Assembly: GCA_965243025.1 (NCBI GenBank)
Contig: CBDETY010000003.1
Coordinates: 2,816,001 to 2,880,000, forward strand
DNA length: 64,000 bases
Direction of reading: 5' to 3'
Origin: Candidatus Latescibacterota bacterium
Lineage (GTDB): Bacteria; Latescibacterota; UBA2968; UBA8231
The notes below the pieces were generated by a model. That model was not told the DNA's origin and did not search any database. It saw only the letters and a list, made by a program, of their open reading frames with translations. A program made the translations under genes and the position numbers. Positions 36,164 through 45,738 of the stretch are shown one piece after another; within the stretch, counting starts at the first letter, position 1; each line of letters opens with the position of its first letter.

Positions 36164-38156
36164 TCTCCTGCTCCGGATCCTGTGAAAAATGGGCCACGAC
36201 GGTCTCGACCAGGCGGCCTTCCCCCGCCCGCGACAGGATCGCCGCGGCGGGGATGCCGAAGCGGTCTTCGAGACGGCGCAGGTTGCTGTCGATCTCCCCG
36301 GCCGACATCTGGCGCGGGGTGATCCAGCTGCGCCCGTAGGCGGCGCGGATGTGCTTCTCCTTGTCGCTCATCGCCAGGGCGATGGTCGGCGCCTTCGCCA
36401 GTCCGCGCAGGCAGGCGATGGTGTCCGCGACGTACTCCTCGGGGTCGATGCTGTTGACCACCAGGACGACGGCGTCCGGCCTGGTGCCGAGCAGGAAGGC
36501 GAGAGAGGTAATGGTATGGGTCGACGGGTGCTCGATGGCGTAGGGGATCGTCCCCGACTGGCACCCCACCAGCATGATGTCCGGCTTCCTGTGGTGGGCG
36601 ATCTCCCGCATCCTGGCGTCGAGAAAGGGGGCGTACCACTGCAGCGGCAGCTCGAGCGGCGACGCGTACCCCATCGGGAAAGAGAAGTCCATGCCGAAAA
36701 GGGCGGAGTGGTGCTCGGTGCCGACCTGGCCGACCGCGTACCCCGCCTTCTGCAGGCGCCGCCGCAGGGCGAGCTGCAGGGTGAACTTCCCCTGCTGCGA
36801 GCTGGTGCCGAACACCCCCAGCACCGGGATGTCGACGGCACCGTACCGGCTCGACCGGCGCAGCAGCGCCTCGACCTCGGCGTTGTCGACCCCCGGGTAG
36901 GCGATCTTCAGGTTGCGGCGCCGGGCCTCGGCGTGCAGGTCCCCGTACTTCGCCGGCAGGACCGGCAGGAAGCTGAAGACGTGCAGCCCCGCGGCAAGTG
37001 CGGCCCCGACCGACTCCCGCAGGACGTCCCGCCTGCCGATGCGGCCCAGCTCGTCGACGTACCCCAGGATCAGGGTATCGGCGCCGCCCAGGGCATCCCC
37101 GAGCTTCGGGCAGATGCGGATCCCGACCGGGGGCAGCCCGAGGGCCTCGCCGGCGTCCTTGCCCGCCAGCCCCTTGCCGGCGGGATCGGCGATGCCCACG
37201 ACCTCGAAGTCGAGGTGTTTCAGGTGCCGGACCAGGCTGTGCATCTCCTTGTTGAAGGGGTACAGGGCCGCCTTGTGGATCCAGTCCGGGCAGCCGCCGC
37301 CCTCGACATGCGAGGTGCTCTCCCGGGGAGCCGGTCCCGCCACCGGGTTGGCAACCCCGGCCCGGTCGCGGACGGCTCCCGCCGAAGGGCGCCGGCCCGG
37401 TTTGTCCCGGGGAGGGCGAACCTCCTCGTCCAGGGCGTTCGCCTTCAGGATCTCCCGCACCTCCTCGAGGCCGGCTTCTGGCGAAGCCTCCCTGATCAGG
37501 GCGACGATGCCGCTGACATGGGGGGCGGCGAAGCTGGTGCCCGCGGTCATCACCTCGCGCGGCTGCAGCCAGCACAGCCGCTGCTCGTCGCCGCGGGCGA
37601 CGCACTCGATCGGCTTGCCCTCCCGGTAGTGGAACCCGTAGCGGCCGGGGACCTTGCCGCCGGCCACCCCGATGACGTCGGGCAGCACCGCCGGGTAGCT
37701 CTCGAGCCCCTCGTTGTGCTCGGCGGCCACCAGGATGACTCCGGCGCGGGCAGCCTCCCGGGCCGCCTCGGTGAGAGGACGGCGAAAGCTCGCGTCCGTG
37801 GTCCCGAGACTGAGGTTGACGACGTCCATTTCCTCGTCGAGGCACCAGCGCAGGGCGGCGACCAGGACGCTGCCGTCGGCGCTGAGGGATTCGTCGAAGA
37901 TGCGCACGCTGTAGATAGAGGCGGCCGGCGCCTTCTTGAGGATGATCCCGGCGCAGGCGGTGCCGTGCCCCGCCTTGTCGGCGATCTCCCCGATCTGCTC
38001 GATCCGCCCGTCCCCGCCGACTGACATGGCCACCCCGCCGGCCACCCGGATGCGCGGATGCGCCGGGTCGACACCGCTGTCGACGACAGCGACCCTGATC
38101 CCCGCCCCGGTGAGGGCCTGGAAGGGCAACTGGAGGGAGCCAGGTGCTGGTGTCAT
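36129..38156 (-). CDS. Cytoplasmic S8 (subtilisin) peptidase fused to a DUF1611-like Rossmann plus P-loop domain
   Basis: Triad VVDSG / GHGTACAG / GTSFAAPHVSG; no signal or pro-peptide; C-terminal half VLGVFGTSSQQGKFT, VG.QSG, FLLGTRPDAVVLVVN. Confidence 0.82.
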   Translation of the reverse strand: MTPAPGSLQLPFQALTGAGIRVAVVDSGVDPAHPRIRVAGGVAMSVGGDGRIEQIGEIADKAGHGTACAGIILKKAPAASIYSVRIFDESLSADGSVLVAALRWCLDEEMDVVNLSLGTTDASFRRPLTEAAREAARAGVILVAAEHNEGLESYPAVLPDVIGVAGGKVPGRYGFHYREGKPIECVARGDEQRLCWLQPREVMTAGTSFAAPHVSGIVALIREASPEAGLEEVREILKANALDEEVRPPRDKPGRRPSAGAVRDRAGVANPVAGPAPRESTSHVEGGGCPDWIHKAALYPFNKEMHSLVRHLKHLDFEVVGIADPAGKGLAGKDAGEALGLPPVGIRICPKLGDALGGADTLILGYVDELGRIGRRDVLRESVGAALAAGLHVFSFLPVLPAKYGDLHAEARRRNLKIAYPGVDNAEVEALLRRSSRYGAVDIPVLGVFGTSSQQGKFTLQLALRRRLQKAGYAVGQVGTEHHSALFGMDFSFPMGYASPLELPLQWYAPFLDARMREIAHHRKPDIMLVGCQSGTIPYAIEHPSTHTITSLAFLLGTRPDAVVLVVNSIDPEEYVADTIACLRGLAKAPTIALAMSDKEKHIRAAYGRSWITPRQMSAGEIDSNLRRLEDRFGIPAAAILSRAGEGRLVETVVAHFSQDPEQENAGTGRDEKAG

Positions 38157-38255
38157 GGATCGGACGCTCCTTCGGGCGGGTGGAACGAGGCCGGCCGACA
38201 TGCGGATGCGGCCGCTTCGCCTTCCCTGTAGACGTGCCAGCGGCTGGAAGTGCTA

Positions 38256-38417
38256 GTGCCCCGTCGCAGAAATATCTCGACATTGGGACGCCGATCCATC
38301 CCGGCTCACGGCGTTGCCTTCGCTCCCCGTACGCCCTCGGTACGACTCGCTCAGGCGCCTTGTGAGCCGGGCGCCTCGGCATCCCAATTTTGTCAATCTA
38401 TCTCTGCGACGGGACAC
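38256..38417 (-). repeat. Structured intergenic repeat, copy 2 (full length, long imperfect terminal inverted repeats)
   Basis: Left arm CCGTCGCAGAAATATCTCGACATTGGGACGCCGA pairs imperfectly with right arm TCGGCATCCCAATTTTGTCAATCTATCTCTGCGACGG; same core as the other copies. Confidence 0.8.
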
Positions 38418-38662
38418 CTAGCCCTTCCGCGCGCAATTCCGTGAATTCGTTCCCCGCGGCATCCCGGCACAGTTACCCCCGTCCTTGCTCCGACATACCC
38501 CGGCAGGCACTTGCGGAGGCCCCTCATTCTTTCCGGGAAACCAGGCAGCAGGCGCCCGGCCGTCCTGGCGACCGCTGAAACGGCGCTAGTACACACACCC
38601 CCGGATGCGTCTGATGGATAGCGCTCTCACCCGAAATCCATCCGCAGCGCAGGAGGCTCCCC

Positions 38663-39853
38663 ATGGCGGAAACGGCCGTACTTCCGCTCAACGAAGATCC
38701 GCCGGTGAGAGGGTATCTCCGGCACGCATTCCTCTTCTCCATCCTCGCGACCGACGACATCTACCTGCCCTGGCTGTTCGGCGGCAACTACACCCAACTG
38801 GTCTTCGACCGCGACCCCGGGTGGATGCCGCTCGACTTCTACAGCCCCCTCGGCTACAGCGGCAGCGGCTTCGCCTGTCCCTTTCTCGACGCCCAGTGGA
38901 TCGGCCGCACCCTGATCGAGGGGGGATACGGCAGCGCCGTCCCGTTCCTGATCGAGAGCATCGACGAAGGCTACTACGCGAGACTGACGGTTGACGAGTT
39001 CTATCTGCCCGGGAGGACCTCCTACCGCCGCCGCCACTTCATGCACAGCCTGCTCGTCCACGGGTACGACCGCGGCCGCGGCCTTTTCCGGGCGGCGGGG
39101 TACCTTGCGAACGGGGAGTACCGATCCTCCCGGGTGACCTTTACCGAACTGGAGGAGGCGTTCGCCGTCGGCCTCGAGCCCCTGGAGACGGGGGATCGGG
39201 ACCGGGGAAGTGACGGCGAGAGCGATACCGGACCGCGCAGATTCGACGGGGTCGGATCGCGCGCCGACCTGCGGCGCTGCATGTACAGCAAACGGTTGAG
39301 CAACGTCGAGTCCAACAGGGTCTGGCTGGTTCGATACAACCGCGAGGCCCGCTTCGAGCTCGACTTCGGAGCGGCCCTGGAAATGCTGGAGGATTACGCG
39401 AATTCCGCGAGGACGCCGTCGCGGTTTGCGAGCATCCTCACTTTCCCGAACAAGGTCTACACCCTCGGACAGCCGGTCCCCGAACGGGAAGACCTGACCT
39501 TCGGAGTCGAAACCTACGGCTGCCTTCAGTGGTGGATGGAGGAGGTTCTGCGGGGGCGCCGGGAATTCGACATCATCCCCTTCCACGTGCTCTGGGAGCA
39601 CAAGAAGGTCATGGTGTCGCGGCTGGAGTACTTCGAGAGGAAGGGCTTTCTCGACCCTTCGCTGGCCCTGTCGGCCCGCTACCGGGAAATCGAAGCCAGG
39701 GCCTCCCACCTGCGGCTGCTGATGATTCGCTGCCGCATGAAGCAGGACCTGAAGCTGCTGGACCGCTCGCTCGCCCGCGTGGCCAACCTCCGGAAGGAGG
39801 AGACGCGGGCGCTTGACGGTGTGCTGCGCGCCGCGGGGTCCGCCCGGGCCTGA
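38663..39853 (+). CDS. BtrH-N/C39-fold-like protein of the type seen in NRPS/peptide biosynthetic clusters
   Basis: FLIESID.GYY....VDEFYLP...Y...HF.HS.LV.GYD and LWEHKK.M..RL.Y motifs; AGGAGG RBS. Confidence 0.55.
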   Translation: MAETAVLPLNEDPPVRGYLRHAFLFSILATDDIYLPWLFGGNYTQLVFDRDPGWMPLDFYSPLGYSGSGFACPFLDAQWIGRTLIEGGYGSAVPFLIESIDEGYYARLTVDEFYLPGRTSYRRRHFMHSLLVHGYDRGRGLFRAAGYLANGEYRSSRVTFTELEEAFAVGLEPLETGDRDRGSDGESDTGPRRFDGVGSRADLRRCMYSKRLSNVESNRVWLVRYNREARFELDFGAALEMLEDYANSARTPSRFASILTFPNKVYTLGQPVPEREDLTFGVETYGCLQWWMEEVLRGRREFDIIPFHVLWEHKKVMVSRLEYFERKGFLDPSLALSARYREIEARASHLRLLMIRCRMKQDLKLLDRSLARVANLRKEETRALDGVLRAAGSARA

Positions 39854-39876
39854 ACTGGTCCGGGCACCCGCCCCGC

Positions 39877-40518
39877 CTACTCCTGCGGCTCGCCGTTTTC
39901 CCTGTTGGCACCCCTCTGCCGCTCACGGCGCAGCAACCACCCCGGGATCTTCCGCAATGAGTCCACTATCTGCTGCAGAAGCCGCTGGTGGCGCGCCCTG
40001 CTCACGGTCAGCTCCGCCAGCTTGATCCAGGGGGCGCGTTCCCGCACGTGGCCTTCCGCCCTCGACAGATGCGCTTTCACCGACTCCTCCGCCAGCCCGA
40101 GAAAGCGCGCGATCTCCTCGCATGAGCTCCCCTCGATATGGAAGAGCACGAAGATCCGGCGGCTTTCCCGGGGAATCTCGTCCAGCAGGCTCCAGAGTTT
40201 CGCCGGCACCTCGACCCTTTTCTCGGGCTCCTGGTCCTCCGGGGGGCGCGGCGATCCTTTCATGTAGGCGTGAACGCGCCCATCCGGCTCCACACTCCCT
40301 CCGGAACGCTTTGCCGCGAAGCGGCTGACGGACCCGTGCGCAGGCCTGATCAGCGCCACAACGAACTCGCGCAGGAAACGGCGGGCTTCCTCCTCCACTG
40401 TCCGGATCACCTCCGCAACAGGCAAAGCAACGGCCCCGCAACAGACGGTTTCCGCCTGAATCGGACCGAAGGGGGAGTTTTTGTAATCGGGCGTTTTCGA
40501 ATCACTTATCCTCGACAT
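39877..40518 (-). CDS. Sigma-70 region 4 (ECF-like) HTH protein; region 2 not recognisable
   Basis: LDEIP...RRIFVL..IEG.S.EEIA..LG.AE.SVK.HLSRA; start uncertain. Confidence 0.6.
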   Translation of the reverse strand: MSRISDSKTPDYKNSPFGPIQAETVCCGAVALPVAEVIRTVEEEARRFLREFVVALIRPAHGSVSRFAAKRSGGSVEPDGRVHAYMKGSPRPPEDQEPEKRVEVPAKLWSLLDEIPRESRRIFVLFHIEGSSCEEIARFLGLAEESVKAHLSRAEGHVRERAPWIKLAELTVSRARHQRLLQQIVDSLRKIPGWLLRRERQRGANRENGEPQE

Positions 40519-40599
40519 TCGTTTTTCGTTCTCCCGTGGCGGTTCTCAAGGCCTTCACATGTCTGACGGCAATGAACACCGAAGTACTATAAGCACTAT

Positions 40600-40752
40600 G
40601 TGACAGAATGGGTTGTCCCGACAACGGGCGCAGGCGCCCGGACTCACAAGCCGCCTCAGCGAGCCGTACCGAGGGTGTACGGCGAGCGCAGGCAACGCCG
40701 GGAGTCGGGATTGAGGCGGAAAATCGCACCGGATGAGGATTTCATTTAACCG
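40600..40752 (+). repeat. Structured intergenic repeat, copy 3
   Basis: GGCGCCCGGACTCACAAG..GCGAGCCGTACCGAGGGTGTACGGCGAGCG..GGCAACG...GCACCGGATGAGGATTTCATT. Confidence 0.75.
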
Positions 40753-41018
40753 CGATTTTTCCCCTCAAATGGATCGGCGGAAGAATTGCAAGGTGAATTG
40801 CAAGGAATTGATGGGACAGGACACTGGTATGTATTGACCCTCTGCAAGCTATAGCAGAGAACTCCAATCCGGGTTCACGCTTTGATTTTTGCCGGTCTGC
40901 CTTCTCCCGTGGCTTTAACCGGGAGGAACGGATAATACGACGGTCATCACTCTGGTATTCGCGGGTTGGCTGCTGCCTGACCTTTCTTCGTCGCCGAGCT
41001 GCCTCTGTCCGGAGTCCC

Positions 41019-41167
41019 GCAGAGATAGATTGACAGAATCGGGATGCGGAGGCGCCCGGCTCACAGGGCGCCCCAGCGAGTCGTACCGAGGGTGTACGGC
41101 GAGCGTAGACAATGTCGTGAACCGGGATCGAGGGGAAATGCACCGGATGAGGATTTCATTGAACCGC
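41019..41167 (+). repeat. Structured intergenic repeat, copy 4
   Basis: GCAGAGATAGATTGACAG...GGCGCCCGGCTCACA...CGAGTCGTACCGAGGGTGTACGGCGAGCG...GCACCGGATGAGGATTTCATT. Confidence 0.8.
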
Positions 41168-41276
41168 AAACCGCCTCGCGGCGTGCTTCGTCTCCGGGGA
41201 GATCGCTCTCCCCAAAGGCAATCCGCGAACATCGAGATCGGGGAGGTCCTTTTTGTCCCCGGTCAATACATAAGGT

Positions 41277-42329
41277 CTAAATCCAGCCGTGCTCGATGGT
41301 GGTGGGGGAGCCCGAGGTCTGGTGGCTCCACCCCGGGCCGCTGTCGAGCAGGACGTCCCGGCCGGTGATCGCCGACTTCTCCGCGGCGAACAGGATCTCC
41401 ATGATGTGGCGGCCGTACTCGCCGTGCGCCGGGGGCTCGATGTCTCTCTCTATCGCCTCGGCGAAGCTCTTCCACTCGTGGTGCATTTCGTGCGGGGCGT
41501 CCTCGAACGGCACCTCCTCCCACCGGTCGCCGCGGCCGACCCGGACGTACTTGCCGTCCCCGCCGTGCTGGTTGAAGCGCAGGGTTCCGTTGGCGCAGAT
41601 CACCTGGCACTCGAAGTTCGGCGCCCCGTCGGCGAAGCCCACGGCGACGGCGACCCCGCCGAGGCCGTTCTTGTAGCGGATGAAGGCGGTGGCCGCATCG
41701 TCGGCCGCCTGGTAGTGGGCGCGCGTGCCGATCGCCGCCGACACCGAGACCGCCTGCGAGGCCATTACCCAGGTGAGGCGGTCGACGACGTGGACGCCGT
41801 TGGTCAGCCACATGCCGCCGCCGTGGAAGCGGCTGCGGTACTGGGGCCGGCGGGTGCGGCCGCTCCAGTTCTTCGACATGTAGCTCACCGCGGTGACGAC
41901 CGGCCCCAGTTCCCCGGAGTCGAGGATCTCCTTCGCCTTGACGCTGGTGGGGTAGAAGTGCTGCGACAGGCCCACCATCAGCTTGACCCCGTTGGCCCGC
42001 GCCGCTTCGACCATGTCGTCGCACTGCTGCAGGGAGATGGCCATCGGTTTCTCGACCAGCACGTGCTTGCCGGCGTTGCAGGCGTCGACGGTCAGCCGGT
42101 GGTGGAGCTGGTGGCCGAGGACCACCGCCACGGCGTCAACCTCGCCGTGCTCGAGCAGCTCGGTATGCGAGGAGTAGCCTCGCGGGATTCCGTACTTCTC
42201 CATGTACTCGACCCGCTTCTCCTCGAAGAGGTCGGCGACGGCGACGACCTCGACGCCGTCGAGGCCGGAGATGGCGTCGCAGTGCGAGGTGGCGATGCCG
42301 CCCAGTCCGATGATCCCTACCCGTACCAT
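41277..42329 (-). CDS. Gfo/Idh/MocA family oxidoreductase
   Basis: VGIIGLGGI, AGKHVLVEKPMA, GGG.....GVH..D. Confidence 0.92.
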   Translation of the reverse strand: MVRVGIIGLGGIATSHCDAISGLDGVEVVAVADLFEEKRVEYMEKYGIPRGYSSHTELLEHGEVDAVAVVLGHQLHHRLTVDACNAGKHVLVEKPMAISLQQCDDMVEAARANGVKLMVGLSQHFYPTSVKAKEILDSGELGPVVTAVSYMSKNWSGRTRRPQYRSRFHGGGMWLTNGVHVVDRLTWVMASQAVSVSAAIGTRAHYQAADDAATAFIRYKNGLGGVAVAVGFADGAPNFECQVICANGTLRFNQHGGDGKYVRVGRGDRWEEVPFEDAPHEMHHEWKSFAEAIERDIEPPAHGEYGRHIMEILFAAEKSAITGRDVLLDSGPGWSHQTSGSPTTIEHGWI

Positions 42330-42366
42330 GGCTCCGATTGCTCCCTGTGTGTTGGCGCCGGGACCC

Positions 42367-43692
42367 TTACCCGACTTCGGCCAGCGCCCTGCCGAAGGCC
42401 TCGATGAAACCGTCGATGTCGGCGGCCTGCGCCGGCAGCGAGACGGCGTTCATGCCGATGTTGTGGCTGAGGAAGTACCCCTGGTTCAACAGCGACAGGA
42501 ACACCGGGGCGTTCAGCTCCTTGTCGATGCGGGCCAGGCTGCGGTAGCAGCGCGGCTGCTCCGCGGTGAAGTATATGCTGAACACCGATCCGTCGCGCAG
42601 GGCCACGCCGGGGATGCCGGCGCGCTCCAGTTCCTTCCCGACCCCGGCGCAAAGCCTTTCGGTCAATCCGTTCACGTGGGCGAAAGCCTCCGGGGTCAGC
42701 TGCTCGAGGGTCGCCCTGCCGGCGGCCATCACCAGGGCGTGGCCGCTGTGGGTGCCGCTCTGGAAGACCCGCGCCGGCCCTTCGGAGTTGTCGGTCAGGT
42801 CCATGATGTCGCGCCGGCCCCCGAACGCCCCGACCGGGAAGCCGCCGCCGACGATCTTGCCGTACGTGCTTAGGTCGGGCCGGATCCCGAACTGCTCCTG
42901 GATGCCGCCGGTGCCGACGCGGAAACCGACGATCTCGTCGCACAGGAGGATGAGACCGTGTTTTCTCGCGGTCGCCTCGACGGCGCGGATGAACTCCGGC
43001 CGCTGCGGCATGACCCCCGCCTTCGGGTCGAGCATGATGCAGGCCAGCTCGCCGGCGTGGGCGGCGACGATCCGCTCCACGGCTTCCTCGTCGTCGTAGG
43101 GGAGGATCACCACTGCCTCGGCGGCGGCAGGGGCCATGCCCCCGGCCCCGGGCACTGCCACCGGGGCATCGGCGGGCCCGGCTTCGTCAAGGGGAGGGGC
43201 TACGCTGATCTCGACGCCGTCGTGGTTGCCGTGGTACCCGCCTTCGAACTTGGCGATCTTCGGCCTGCCGCTGAACTCCCGGGCGAGGCGCACCGCGTGC
43301 AGGGTCGCCTCGGTTCCGGAGTTGCAGAAGCGGACGCGGTCCAGGGAGGCGACGCGGCGGCACATCTCCTCGGCCATCTCGACCTCGTTCCCCATGCTCG
43401 CCCCGAGAGCTATCCCCCGATTCATCTGGCTTGCGATCGCCGCCACGACCGCGGGGTGGTTGTGCCCGAGCACCTGCGCGGTGTGGTGATTGGCGAGATC
43501 GAGGTAGCGGTGGCCGTCGACGTCCCACAGGTACTGGCCCTCGCCACGCTCCAGGGACAGGGGAAACGGCGGGTAGAAATAGGCCCCCTTCACACCGCCG
43601 GGCATTACCTTGCGGCCGCGCTCGAACAACTCTCGCGAACGCGGGTGGGCGGCCTTGTAGCGTTCGGAAACGGATTCGAATTTGGGGTTCAA
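42367..43692 (-). CDS. Class III PLP aminotransferase (glutamate-1-semialdehyde aminomutase-like)
   Basis: WDVDGHRYLD, FCNSGTEAT, KFEGGYHG, DEIVGFR, YGKIVGGGFPVGAFGG, SGT.SG. Confidence 0.88.
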   Translation of the reverse strand: MNPKFESVSERYKAAHPRSRELFERGRKVMPGGVKGAYFYPPFPLSLERGEGQYLWDVDGHRYLDLANHHTAQVLGHNHPAVVAAIASQMNRGIALGASMGNEVEMAEEMCRRVASLDRVRFCNSGTEATLHAVRLAREFSGRPKIAKFEGGYHGNHDGVEISVAPPLDEAGPADAPVAVPGAGGMAPAAAEAVVILPYDDEEAVERIVAAHAGELACIMLDPKAGVMPQRPEFIRAVEATARKHGLILLCDEIVGFRVGTGGIQEQFGIRPDLSTYGKIVGGGFPVGAFGGRRDIMDLTDNSEGPARVFQSGTHSGHALVMAAGRATLEQLTPEAFAHVNGLTERLCAGVGKELERAGIPGVALRDGSVFSIYFTAEQPRCYRSLARIDKELNAPVFLSLLNQGYFLSHNIGMNAVSLPAQAADIDGFIEAFGRALAEVG

Positions 43693-44342
43693 GGGTCCTC
43701 TTTCTTCTTCTGTTTGGAAGCTGGCCGCGGGCGGATGTCCGGGGCCCCGGCTGCGATTCCCGGCAAGTCTATGGGATTCGCGCCGAGACTGTCAATTTGG
43801 ATTGCTGCCCGCCTCGATTCACCATTCGGTGAGCGCCTGGGCGATCCGCGAAGTCGAGGTGATCTTCTCACTTACTTCGCGGAACTTACTTCGCGGACTG
43901 GAGGTGAAGCTGATCGGACGCGGCGTAGGGTTCGCGCGAAATTTCCAGGGAAGTAAGAGGCAAGCCGTCCCGGGTGTCCCATGCTTTCCAATCACAAACC
44001 TCATCCAAATGAAAGGATGAAAAAATGAAAGATCTTCTCATGCTCTCTGGCCCCCTGGGCTACCACCGGGGAGCGTATCTTGAGCGCAATCGAGCAGGCG
44101 GGTGAGCTTCTCACGAGCCGGACCGGTTTCGTGGGGAGTTCATCATGAACGAGAGCGGCTCGTATTGCCAATGCTACTGACTTCGGGGAGTCCCGATTAG
44201 CGTCAAAGTCGACAGCATGGTCGTAACTGACCTCGGCCATTCTCCGATCATGCAGTACTTCTGGAGTGTGGCCGAGGTTCTTTTTCATTCCTTCTTGTCC
44301 CGCTGCTTCAACACAGGGTTACAGATCAAAGGTGGAGTTCAA

Positions 44343-45251
44343 ATGCAATTCCTTTCGTTCCGAAACGCTTTTTTTATCCTGCTCCCGACGATTGCTCTCG
44401 ATGCCCAGTGGTCGGACCGCGTCTATCCGATCAGGGAGCTGACCGACGAGATGCGGGCGCACATCGACATCAGGGACGGTTCGGTTGACGACTGGTCGGA
44501 GGTACTCGGCGAACCTGCCTTGACGGCACTGGATTTCGCCACTCACCCATCCTATCCGGAGTACGACCCGTCGTCCTTCGACTTTCGCGTCTGGCTTGCC
44601 TGGCACGATGCAGGCAACCACCTGTTCGTGGCCGCCGAGATCGTGGACGATATCTACGTAGGAATGTGGCCGGATAATCCTCCTGATTGGGCTCCCGCCG
44701 ATCGTCCTCCATTTTGGCAGCCTGCCGAAGGAACCGTTCAATTGTTGGTCGACGGCGACAGGAGTGGTGGGACGGTAGTCGAAACCGGAATGGAACAGGC
44801 GCAAGCGTATTGGGCGGTTGCCGAAAACCATGAAAACGGCAGCAACGTCTTTCTGAGTTTGGTGGGTCTCGATTATCCCTGGGTGCAACAGGTACCGTAC
44901 GCCGATGGCAGCGGGAGCGTACTGGACAGTCAGCCCGTCTTCTACGCGGTCGAGTTTTACGTCACCCCGTTTGACAGGTTGATTCCGGACTCCCCGGAGA
45001 ACAGCCTGGTATCCGACCTTTACGCCGGCAAAACGATAGGTTTTTCCATGGGGATTTCGGACTCTGACACGGACCCGTTAGAGGATGACCGTTATCACGC
45101 CTTGTCCGGACCTGACGACTCATGGGGAGAGGGAATTTTAGTGTCTGACCTGTGGGCGCACGGGATCCTTCTGGGTGCCGACGGCGGTACGGAGGGCACC
45201 GCGGCCGAATGGGTCACCTGGGGCCGCATCAAGGCCAGCCTGTCGGAGTAG
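44343..45251 (+). CDS. Secreted protein, [TS]W[GA]RIKA-tail family, copy 7
   Basis: GGAG RBS, signal peptide, DFRVWLAWHD, DGDRSGG, EFYVTPFD; ends TAAEWVTWGRIKASLSE; closest to the IS-disrupted copy 3. Confidence 0.8.
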   Translation: MQFLSFRNAFFILLPTIALDAQWSDRVYPIRELTDEMRAHIDIRDGSVDDWSEVLGEPALTALDFATHPSYPEYDPSSFDFRVWLAWHDAGNHLFVAAEIVDDIYVGMWPDNPPDWAPADRPPFWQPAEGTVQLLVDGDRSGGTVVETGMEQAQAYWAVAENHENGSNVFLSLVGLDYPWVQQVPYADGSGSVLDSQPVFYAVEFYVTPFDRLIPDSPENSLVSDLYAGKTIGFSMGISDSDTDPLEDDRYHALSGPDDSWGEGILVSDLWAHGILLGADGGTEGTAAEWVTWGRIKASLSE

Positions 45252-45738
45252 AGTTCCGGCCTCAACTCACCGCGGGATCTCTGAATCCACACCTCGCCGG
45301 TCAGCCTCAACGGACCCGGAACCTTCGTCCGCCACCTCGACCGCGAAGGCTCTTTCTGCACCCGCAAAAGCTCGTAGCAGGCGATCGGCCGTCGCGGCCA
45401 CCCGGCCACCGGGGTGCCCTGCCTGGTTGCGCGCGCACCGGCCCCTGAGCGACGGTCCGCTTCGGCGGTAACCAACCCAGCGTCGATAAACTATCTTTGG
45501 TTCTCCCCCAAGCTTGCGGTGGACTCACAGTCCGAGACGGTCCCTGGGGCGGTCGGACCCCGGAATGCCGGGGAAATCGACGCCCCTTCCATTCCCGCCG
45601 GAGTTCGAGGCGGTGTGCCACAGGGAGGATTCCTGTCATGCGAGCCCCGGAAATCCGAATTGGCATTGACTTCCCGCTGACAGCGGTTGGCTGGAGGCCA
45701 GGCTGTTGATGAGCCGCTGCATCCCTTCACCGAGCTGA

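Noticed and set aside
40770-40810. Short GAATTGCAAG direct repeats between repeat copies 3 and 4
   Set aside because: Only about 2.5 units; could be an operator, but nothing supports a specific call
28427-41167. Repeated GTACCGAGGGTGTAC elements as a possible CRISPR array
   Set aside because: Copies are dispersed, in both orientations and about 100-160 bp long, with no regular spacers and no cas genes
42367-43692. Assigning the symbol hemL
   Set aside because: Family motifs are present, but the context is catabolic (next to a Gfo/Idh/MocA gene) and no tetrapyrrole genes are nearby
43700-44340. Lower-GC spacer with a 14-bp tandem duplication (ACTTACTTCGCGGA twice, about 43870-43897) and short ORFs
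   Set aside because: Possibly decayed coding sequence, but no family is recognisable and a two-unit repeat is not informative
45255-45738. Short ORFs between copy 7 and the TolC gene
   Set aside because: No consistent codon bias or motifs; treated as intergenic or decayed sequence
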